From positions 1-13,895 of the forward strand of contig CAVPIB010000012.1 in the NCBI GenBank assembly GCA_963704885.1: a stretch of DNA of 13,895 bases, written 5' to 3'. The position numbers and the translations under genes are program-made. The DNA is from an uncultured Actinomycetes bacterium (lineage in GTDB: Bacteria > Actinomycetota > UBA4738 > HRBIN12). Numbering within the stretch: position 1 is the stretch's first letter; the number at the start of each line of letters is the position of its first letter. The notes below the pieces were generated by a model. The model was not told the DNA's origin and searched no databases. It was given only the letters and a program-made list of their open reading frames with translations. Shown in pieces: positions 1 to 5,954 of this stretch.

Positions 1-46
1 GAGCGGCAACCGCATGGCCGATGCCGGCTGATAGACGGCACCTGAT

Positions 47-328
47 TCAGGAAGCGAAGGAAGAGGAACGACCATCCTGGATCGTGACGATAACGACGCG
101 GTCATCCTCTTCCAGATGGACGTACACGATGATCATCCAACGCCAAGGGCCGAGGAGGAAACGGAGACCCGTCCATCGACCGGTGAGCTCCGCGCCGAGC
201 CGCGGGAACCGGGTCAACGGGGCGATCGATCGGTTGATCCGCTTCCGAGTGTCCAGAGGGAGGCTGTGCGAGCGGATCAGTCTGTCGAGATCTCCGACCG
301 CAGCCTCGGCGAGCTCGACACGAGCCAC
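47..328 (-). CDS. Type II toxin, RelE/ParE superfamily
   Basis: 93 aa with RelE/ParE pattern: N-terminal 'RVELAEAAVGDL', central 'FPRLG..L.G...GLR', C-terminal 'IIVY.....DRVVIVTIQDGR'. GTG start 3 nt after the stop of the upstream antitoxin-like gene. Confidence 0.8.
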   Translation of the reverse strand: MARVELAEAAVGDLDRLIRSHSLPLDTRKRINRSIAPLTRFPRLGAELTGRWTGLRFLLGPWRWMIIVYVHLEEDDRVVIVTIQDGRSSSFAS

Positions 329-331
329 CGC

Positions 332-589
332 TCAGAGCTCGTCGATCGAGATCGTCCGCTTCCTACGAGCCTGTCTGAGCCCGAGCTGTGCTCGCTCGAA
401 CGCACCGGAGATACCGTCCAAGACCTGCACGACGTTGTCCGCGTCGACGTCGGCCTCGTCGATCGCCTGGGATAGGAGCGACCGCGCCAGCGTTCCCTCC
501 TGCACGTGCGTCCTCTCGGCCAGGCGGGCGAGTTTGGCCGCGTACTCGTCGTCGAGCGTGACGTTCAGACGTTCGCTGCCGCGAGCCAT
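332..589 (-). CDS. Type II antitoxin, ribbon-helix-helix (CopG-like)
   Basis: 85 aa from ATG 589 (MARGSERLNVTLDDEYAAKLARLAERT...LARSLLSQAID): RHH strand-helix-helix pattern, acidic middle and 'RTISIDEL' tail. Directly upstream of the toxin. The start is supported by a -10 box 6 nt upstream. Confidence 0.78.
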   Translation of the reverse strand: MARGSERLNVTLDDEYAAKLARLAERTHVQEGTLARSLLSQAIDEADVDADNVVQVLDGISGAFERAQLGLRQARRKRTISIDEL

Positions 590-595
590 GGACGA

Positions 596-604
596 ACCAT
601 AGCA
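596..604 (-). promoter_or_regulatory. Extended -10 (TGcTATGGT), probable leaderless promoter of the TA operon
   Basis: Minus strand reads TGC-TATGGT-tcgtcc-ATG(589): TGn plus TANNNT, 6 nt before the start codon, with no SD sequence. Confidence 0.55.
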
Positions 605-897
605 CGGGACCACACTATCCGTGTACCCTCAGCGCAGCCTATTGCTCCGGCGAGGCGCTGTGGAACCGGCGAGACCCGGTCCGGTTGAAGCTGGCCGGCG
701 GCCGGACCTGCTCGATCTCTGGCGCGAGACGGTGCGGATCAGTTGGAGCTGAAAGGGGTGCATCACACGCGCTCCAGCATGAGCGCGTGCGGCTTCAACG
801 GGTCCTCCGGTCAGCTAGATCCCGGTCGTTCGCCTCTGGCTGACGACCGCCAGATGCAGGAGCGTGATCTGAGGATCCGCCCATCAAGGAGGTCGCC

Positions 898-1410
898 ATG
901 TGGAGGCCGATCGCAATTTTCGTCGCCGGCTTGGTGCTGGTGCTCGCGACGATCGGGACCGTCTTCTTCGTCGGTATGCGGACGAAGTTCCCCCTCGTCC
1001 TCGATGTCGTTCGCCGTTTCAACCGAGCCGTCGGGAATCCGTATCAGATGAAGAGGGCAGGGACGCCGGGCGCGTACGCCTCGGTGATCCGACACGTCGG
1101 CCGCAAGACGGCCCGATCCTACGCAACGCCGGTGGTGCCCTACGCGACCGATGACGGGTTCGTGATCGCGTTGCCCTACGGGTCGCGTGCGGATTGGCTC
1201 AAGAATGTGCTCGCGAGCGGGTCAGCCACCATCGTCCATGAAGGGAATACGTACCGGGTCGACCAGCCGGAGCTCGTTCCCACAGCCGTGGCCGCACCGT
1301 ACATGCCGGTCAAGGAGCAACGGGACCTTCGCCGGTTCGCCATCGACCGGTGCCTCCGGGTAAGGCTGGCGGAGGCGGAGGAGGCATCCGAGCTCGAGAG
1401 CGTCCGATGA
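898..1410 (+). CDS. Deazaflavin (F420)-dependent nitroreductase-family oxidoreductase (Ddn/FDOR-like) with N-terminal membrane anchor
   Basis: SD AAGGAGG just upstream. Motifs 'IRHVGRKTARSYATPV', 'GFVIALPYG..ADWLKNVLASG.ATI'. Residues ~5-25 are hydrophobic. Confidence 0.85.
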   Translation: MWRPIAIFVAGLVLVLATIGTVFFVGMRTKFPLVLDVVRRFNRAVGNPYQMKRAGTPGAYASVIRHVGRKTARSYATPVVPYATDDGFVIALPYGSRADWLKNVLASGSATIVHEGNTYRVDQPELVPTAVAAPYMPVKEQRDLRRFAIDRCLRVRLAEAEEASELESVR

Positions 1411-1435
1411 AGCAGGTCGTTCCGGGTGAGTCGAT

Positions 1436-1510
1436 CTATGGGTCCTCGTTCAGGCGGTCGTACTCGGCGGCCACGCGTTTCGGCACCACCATCCGCCAGG
1501 CTTCGAGCAC
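1436..1510 (-). pseudogene. Probable C-terminal remnant of an MmcQ/YjbR-family gene, or a 24-aa peptide
   Basis: Frame reads VLEAWRMVVPKRVAAEYDRLNEDP*, resembling (from recall) the C-terminal helix of actinobacterial MmcQ/YjbR proteins. The upstream part of this frame runs into the neighbouring gene and is not protein-like. Confidence 0.4.
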
Positions 1511-1527
1511 CGGTTCGCCTCGCCTCC

Positions 1528-2157
1528 CTACGTCGCCGCCGCGGAGGGGTGGAACAGCGGGACGGCCGGCTTCCAGTCGGCGCGGAGAACCTCGACCATC
1601 GAAGGCAGCGTGACCACGATCGCTCGACCACCCTCGGGTCGCGGCACGCGCTCGACGTAGCCGGCCGGCGACCACCTCGCGAGGCGGGCGCCGACCACGA
1701 CCCATGGTGCGCCCTGCCGCAGGACGAAGGTCCCGTCGGGGAGGTCGTCGATCGGCGCTCCGTGGTGTCGCTGCCCACGCGTCACCGGGTCGACTCGCTC
1801 GGTGTGCAGTTGCACGTCGATCACATCGGCGCCGACCTGGTGCGGATGTTGTTCGCGCCAGATATCAGCGAAGCGCACGTAGTCCTCGCGGCGGCAGAGC
1901 GCGCATGGACGATGTCCGGCGGCGAACGCGGTCGCCTCGTCCAGGAAGAAGAGCTCGGTGAACCGACCCGGCTGCATGAGCGGGTGCCGGTGCCACCCGC
2001 GGAACTCAAGCCGACACGCGATCCAGCGCCTGCCGTTGTACCGGCGGCGGATCCGCCCGGCTTCGTCGTGAAGACAGCCGCGGTTGCCGTAGACGAGCCC
2101 GCGAGCCGGGTCGGCGATCACCTCACTGAACGGTGTGACCCGGTTCTGCAGGGGCAT
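1528..2157 (-). CDS. Conserved hypothetical protein with Ada-like Cys motif (putative Zn-binding)
   Basis: 209 aa with 'MPLQNRVTP', 'GNRGCLH', 'WIACRLEF', 'TELFFLDEATAFAAGHRPCALCR'. The last motif resembles the N-Ada 'FF....A..AGFRPCKRC' motif. GC-rich third codon positions. Confidence 0.8.
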   Translation of the reverse strand: MPLQNRVTPFSEVIADPARGLVYGNRGCLHDEAGRIRRRYNGRRWIACRLEFRGWHRHPLMQPGRFTELFFLDEATAFAAGHRPCALCRREDYVRFADIWREQHPHQVGADVIDVQLHTERVDPVTRGQRHHGAPIDDLPDGTFVLRQGAPWVVVGARLARWSPAGYVERVPRPEGGRAIVVTLPSMVEVLRADWKPAVPLFHPSAAAT

Positions 2158-2175
2158 CAGCGGATCATCTTCGGT

Positions 2176-2709
2176 TCATTGGGCCCGTGATAGCCGGTAG
2201 CGCAGTTCCACGAGGCCCGTGGAGTAGGGCTTCGCGTGGATCAGGTCGGCCGCCGCCGGCCCCGTGCCATCGAAGAGATGCACACCAGCACCCAGCACGA
2301 CGGGCACCATGAACAGGATCAGCTCGTCGATCGCCTGCGCGCCGAGGAACTGGGACGCGAGCTGCGCGCCTCCGACCAGGAACACGTCGCGATCCGTCGT
2401 CTCCCGGATCGACGGCGCCACGTCGGCCACCGCGCCGCTGACGAAGCGGACGGTCGCTACTTCCGGAGCCGGGAGCTCCCGGTGGGTGAAGACCCAGGTC
2501 GGTCGGTTCCCGTACGGCCACTCGCCGCGCGCGACCTCCTGTTCATAGGTGGTGGCACCCATGATCACGGCGTCGACCCCGGAGAGGAACCGTCGGTAGC
2601 CGTGATCCTCGCCTTCGACGTTGAAACGCTCCAGCCAAGCGACACCGCCGTCGGCATCGGCGATGAAGCCGTCCAGGCTCGCCGCGATGAAGAGCACGAT
2701 CTTGCCCAC
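2176..2709 (-). CDS. Dihydrofolate reductase family / RibD C-terminal domain protein
   Basis: 'IAASLDGFIA', 'IMGATTYE', 'VFLVGGAQLA', 'IDELILFMVPVVLGAG..LF', 'GLVELRY'. Confidence 0.9.
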   Translation of the reverse strand: MGKIVLFIAASLDGFIADADGGVAWLERFNVEGEDHGYRRFLSGVDAVIMGATTYEQEVARGEWPYGNRPTWVFTHRELPAPEVATVRFVSGAVADVAPSIRETTDRDVFLVGGAQLASQFLGAQAIDELILFMVPVVLGAGVHLFDGTGPAAADLIHAKPYSTGLVELRYRLSRAQ

Positions 2710-2719
2710 GAACCTAGCC

Positions 2720-2914
2720 CTACGTCAGGATCCACTCGGAGCGCCCGCTGGACCTGTCTCCGGTGAGCCACTGCCAGTCCAGATACATGCGCATCTGATC
2801 TTCCTCGTCCAGCGCGAACCTCTTGTGGGTCCTTCCCGCTTCGACCTCACCGCCCGACGGTCTTTCCCGCAAGATCCACAGCTTCCGCTCCTTCTGGCTA
2901 CCCACCTGAGGCAT
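2720..2914 (-). CDS. Possible small hypothetical protein (64 aa)
   Basis: ATG 2914 opens MPQVGSQKERKLWILRERP...EWILT*, ending 10 nt before the DHFR-family start. No clear SD and no recognisable family. Confidence 0.3.
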   Translation of the reverse strand: MPQVGSQKERKLWILRERPSGGEVEAGRTHKRFALDEEDQMRMYLDWQWLTGDRSSGRSEWILT

Positions 2915-2940
2915 AGTCTCAGAGGTCCGAAGGCGGCGCC

Positions 2941-3007
2941 CCGCTCCTGAACCACAGCCCCGACGGGCTACCCGCGGATGGTCAGATAGAGCCATCCACC
3001 GGAGCAG
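2941..3007 (-). ncRNA. Candidate structured RNA (three-stem junction)
   Basis: Minus-strand stems: CUGCUCC/GGAGCGG (3001-3007 with 2941-2947), GUGGAUGG/CCAUCCGC (2992-2999 with 2974-2981), UAGCCC/GGGCUG (2965-2970 with 2955-2960). Each non-Watson-Crick position is a G-U pair on this strand only. Confidence 0.3.
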
Positions 3008-3086
3008 ACTACCGATGTCCTTCGGGGCAACGAACCCTCCAGAGTCCCGACTCATGAAGAGCGGCCTGCGTGCCGACCATTGCACT

Positions 3087-3401
3087 ATGAGAGAACCGAT
3101 CCCGTTCCTTCGAGAGGCCGCTGTAACTATCGTGCCCCAGCTCTCGGACGAGCAGCTCGAACGCATCGGCGCCGAGCTCGCCTCGCAGAGCAACCCCTTC
3201 CTGCTGGTCAGCCGGGTGAGCGACTGCACGGCGTTGATCCAGGGGATCCCGGTAACCGCCGAGTCGCCGCACGAAGCCGACGCGCTCACGTGGGACATCG
3301 TCCACAGCCATGTGAGCGCAGCCTTGTGTGAACCGTGGGACTGGGACACGACCGTCACCGCGATCGACGTCCGATCGGCCGACGGGGCCCTCGCCTCCTA
3401 G
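3087..3401 (+). CDS. Hypothetical protein (104 aa)
   Basis: MREPIPFLREAAVTIVPQLSDEQLERIG...ADGALAS* with GC-rich third positions. ATG 3087 is preferred over 3015 because GACCAT-N6-ATG precedes it. Confidence 0.6.
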   Translation: MREPIPFLREAAVTIVPQLSDEQLERIGAELASQSNPFLLVSRVSDCTALIQGIPVTAESPHEADALTWDIVHSHVSAALCEPWDWDTTVTAIDVRSADGALAS

Positions 3402-3441
3402 CGCGAACCCGTAGCCGGACCTCGATACGGAAGCGTCGCAG

Positions 3442-3513
3442 AGCCGGAGCGGGGATTCGAACCCCGGACCTACCACTTACGAGGCGGTTGCTCTACCACT
3501 GAGCTACTCCGGC
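3442..3513 (-). tRNA. tRNA-Thr (anticodon CGT)
   Basis: GCCGGAG-TA-GCTCAGTGGTAGAGC-A-ACCGC-CTCGTAA-GTGGT-AGGTC-CGGGG-TTCGAAT-CCCCG-CTCCGGC-T: complete cloverleaf; CCA not encoded. Confidence 0.97.
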
Positions 3514-3524
3514 GGCGGCTGCCG

Positions 3525-3530
3525 AGTCTA
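3525..3530 (-). promoter_or_regulatory. Putative -10 box (TAGACT) of the tRNA promoter
   Basis: TANNNT hexamer 11 nt upstream of the mature tRNA 5' end, followed by a GC-rich discriminator-like stretch. Confidence 0.5.
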
Positions 3531-3611
3531 CCGAACGGGTGCTGGCACCACGGGAGGAGCGGCGGTCTGCACGGTCGTCGAGTTGAGCCTCCATCAGCGA
3601 TGATGCCCTCT

Positions 3612-5723
3612 ATGAGCTCCGGCGGAAGCGTCAACATCCAGGGGCAGGTCGGCCGTGTGATGGTGGGGACCGACCGCTCGGAGACCGCCGAGCGCGCCGT
3701 TCGGTGGGCCGCCTCTTTCGCGGAGCTGTACGCCGCCGACCTCCATATCGTTCAGGTGATCGTGCCGCGCAACCCGGCCGACACCGAGTTCGGAGCCGCC
3801 GAGGCCACCCGGGCCCGCGGCGCCGCCGACGAGCTCCAGACCTACGCCACCCAGATCGCGGGCGAGCGCGGCCGCGGCCACGTGGTGATCGACGACGACC
3901 CCGCCATGGCGATCGTGCACGCCACCGAGGAGCACGCTATCGACGTCTTGGTCGTTGGCAACGCGGGGATGGCCGGCCGCAAGGAGTTCCTACTGGGCAA
4001 CGTCCCTAACCGGATCAGCCACAACGCGCGTTGCACCGTGATCATCGTGAACACGGCCGGAGACGGACAGGCGGCCGCGACCGGCGTTCCGCGCGCACCT
4101 GCATCGATCCGCTCAAGCGCCGTCGAGGTCGAGACCGAGCCGCACCTGGTCGCGCGCGGCACCAAGATCGCGAGCGTCTTCGCCAAGCACGGACTGAAGG
4201 AGCTGTTCGGCCGGCCCGACGAGGAGGGATCGGTCGGCAAGGTCCGTCAGGCTAAGCGCCTGCGCTCGGCCCTGGAGGAGCTGGGGCCGACGTTCGCCAA
4301 GATCGGGCAGATCCTGTCCACGCGGCCCGACCTGCTGCCCCCGGAGTTCATCCAGGAGCTGGCCACCCTGCAGGACGACGTGCCACCGCTCTCCGAGGAA
4401 CAGGTGGTCCGGGTCATGGAGCAGGAGCTGGGAGTGCCGTGGGAAGACGTGTTCGACCACATCGAGACTCAGCCGCTGGCCGCAGGCACGATCGCACAGG
4501 TGCATCGGGCCGTGTTGGCGAACGCCGAGCGGGTCGTGATCAAGGTCCAGCGGCCCGACGCCAAAGAGCAGATCGAGCAGGATCTGGCCCTGTTGGAGGT
4601 CTTCGCCGAGAAGGTGAGCCACCGCCCCGGACTCAAGCAGGTGATCGACATGGAGGCGGTGTTCATGCATCTGTCGGAGTCGCTCCATCGCGAGCTGGAT
4701 TTCCGGCAGGAGGCCGGGAACATGCGTCGCCTGGCGGCCGTGATCGAGCCGTTCAGCCGACTGCGGGTACCCGATGTGCACGGCGACTACTCGACGTCGC
4801 GCCTGCTGGTGATGCGCGACGTGGCCGGCGGTCCCCTCTCTTCGGCCCCCGAGGGTGGTCCGCGCAGGGAGGCGGCTCGGCAACTGCTGGAGTCCTTCTA
4901 CAAGCAGATCCTGGTCGACGGCTTCTTCCACGCGGATCCGCATCCCGGGAACCTCATGTGGCAGCCCGAGGAAGAGCTCCTCTACTTCTTAGACCTGGGC
5001 ATGGTCGGCGAGGTCGGCGCCGAGATGCGCGAGCAGATGATGCTGCTGCTCATGGCCTTCTGGCAGGAGGATGTGGGTTTCCTGACCGACGTATCGCTCA
5101 TGCTCGCGGGCGCGATCGATCGCAGCGATCTGGACGTCGACGCGTTCAGCGAGGAGATCGGCGAGCTGATGGCCAAGAACCGCACCGCTTCGCTGAAAGA
5201 CATCCAGTTGGGCCCCGTGCTTCAGGAGATGACTGAGATCTCGATCCGCCACGGCGTGCCGCTGCCGGCGTCGCTCACGCTCACCGGAAAGGCGCTCGCT
5301 CAGATGCAGCTGGCCGCAGCGGAGCTCGACCCCGAGCTGGATCCGTTCGACGTTGCGGGCAGCTTCCTGATGCGCGCCGTGACGAAGGACATAGGTTCGA
5401 AGTTCGATCTGAAGGCGGTCTTCTATCAGACCCAGAAGTTCAGGGTGCGGGCCATGCGGGTGGTCGAGGCGGTGGAGCGTCTGATCGGCGCGAGGCCGGG
5501 ACAGAAGCTGGAGGTCAACTTCCGGGCCTCAACGCTGGAGACGACGATCCGGCGAGCGGGCAGGCGCCTCGCGTTGGGTTTGACCGCGGGCGCGGCCATC
5601 CTGGCGACGTCGCTCTCGGCTTTGTCCGCGCGTGTCGCCGGCTGGGTGCCTGCAGCGTTCGGCGTCGTGGCCGGACTGCTCACGCTGGCGCTGGTCGTCG
5701 ACCTGATCCGGCGGCGCGACTAG
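3612..5723 (+). CDS. Universal stress protein domain fused to ABC1/AarF/UbiB-family atypical kinase, with C-terminal membrane anchor
   Basis: N-terminal USP ('VMVGTDRSETAERAVRWA', 'VVGNAGMAGRKEFLLGNVPNRISHNARCTVIIVNT'), Ala/Pro linker, then UbiB motifs 'LGPTFAKIGQILSTRPDLLP' (KxGQ), 'PLAAGTIAQVHRA', 'VIKVQRP', 'ELDFRQEA', 'GFFHADPHPGN', 'LDLGMVG', and two hydrophobic C-terminal helices. The start could be 3600, 3603 or 3612. Confidence 0.92.
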   Translation: MSSGGSVNIQGQVGRVMVGTDRSETAERAVRWAASFAELYAADLHIVQVIVPRNPADTEFGAAEATRARGAADELQTYATQIAGERGRGHVVIDDDPAMAIVHATEEHAIDVLVVGNAGMAGRKEFLLGNVPNRISHNARCTVIIVNTAGDGQAAATGVPRAPASIRSSAVEVETEPHLVARGTKIASVFAKHGLKELFGRPDEEGSVGKVRQAKRLRSALEELGPTFAKIGQILSTRPDLLPPEFIQELATLQDDVPPLSEEQVVRVMEQELGVPWEDVFDHIETQPLAAGTIAQVHRAVLANAERVVIKVQRPDAKEQIEQDLALLEVFAEKVSHRPGLKQVIDMEAVFMHLSESLHRELDFRQEAGNMRRLAAVIEPFSRLRVPDVHGDYSTSRLLVMRDVAGGPLSSAPEGGPRREAARQLLESFYKQILVDGFFHADPHPGNLMWQPEEELLYFLDLGMVGEVGAEMREQMMLLLMAFWQEDVGFLTDVSLMLAGAIDRSDLDVDAFSEEIGELMAKNRTASLKDIQLGPVLQEMTEISIRHGVPLPASLTLTGKALAQMQLAAAELDPELDPFDVAGSFLMRAVTKDIGSKFDLKAVFYQTQKFRVRAMRVVEAVERLIGARPGQKLEVNFRASTLETTIRRAGRRLALGLTAGAAILATSLSALSARVAGWVPAAFGVVAGLLTLALVVDLIRRRD

Positions 5724-5741
5724 TCCAGCTCAGACTAGTCG
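5717..5741. terminator. Hairpin between convergent genes (possible bidirectional terminator)
   Basis: CGACTAGTC-cagctca-GACTAGTCG: 9-bp perfect stem overlapping the stop at 5723. No U-tract. Confidence 0.4.
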
Positions 5742-5753
5742 GTCGGCCGAAGA

Positions 5754-5954
5754 TCACTGCTCGTCGAGCTTCGCCTCCGTCCCTTTCGTGGTGATGGTCG
5801 TGGGTTCCAGCGGTGTGGCGCCGCCCTTCCTCCTCACCGAGCGCATGACGACCTTCTCCAGCACGAAGGCGATCACCGCCATGATCACGCCGACGGCCCA
5901 GCGTTCGAAACGGCGGATCCCTTTCGGCTTCTTGATCGTGACGTGCCCGGTCAC
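5754..5954 (-). CDS. Small basic single-TM protein (66 aa)
   Basis: GTG start overlaps the kinase stop (GTGA, 5951-5954) with GAGGT upstream. Reads MTGHVTIKKPKGIRRFERWAVGVIMAVIAFVLEKVVMRSVRRKGG...KLDEQ with GC-rich third positions. Confidence 0.7.
   Translation of the reverse strand: MTGHVTIKKPKGIRRFERWAVGVIMAVIAFVLEKVVMRSVRRKGGATPLEPTTITTKGTEAKLDEQ

Noticed and set aside
620-890. Several short hairpins (e.g. GTTGGAGC/GCTCCAGC, TCTGGC/GCCAGA) and small ORFs between the TA pair and the nitroreductase gene
   Set aside because: Stems are short and plausible by chance at high GC; no family or consistent structure could be supported.
1350-2190. Plus-strand ORFs 1350-1613 and 1426-2190, including an ATGA overlap at 1407
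   Set aside because: They overlap the better-supported minus-strand gene and have Arg/Pro/Ser-rich, non-protein-like sequence.
2955-3085. Possible ZTP riboswitch or HDV-like ribozyme on the + strand
   Set aside because: Only short partial resemblances; the required 3' pseudoknot elements are not present.
4113-4943. 276-aa minus-strand ORF and other ORFs nested in the USP-ABC1 gene
   Set aside because: Antisense or out-of-frame to a gene with clear family motifs.
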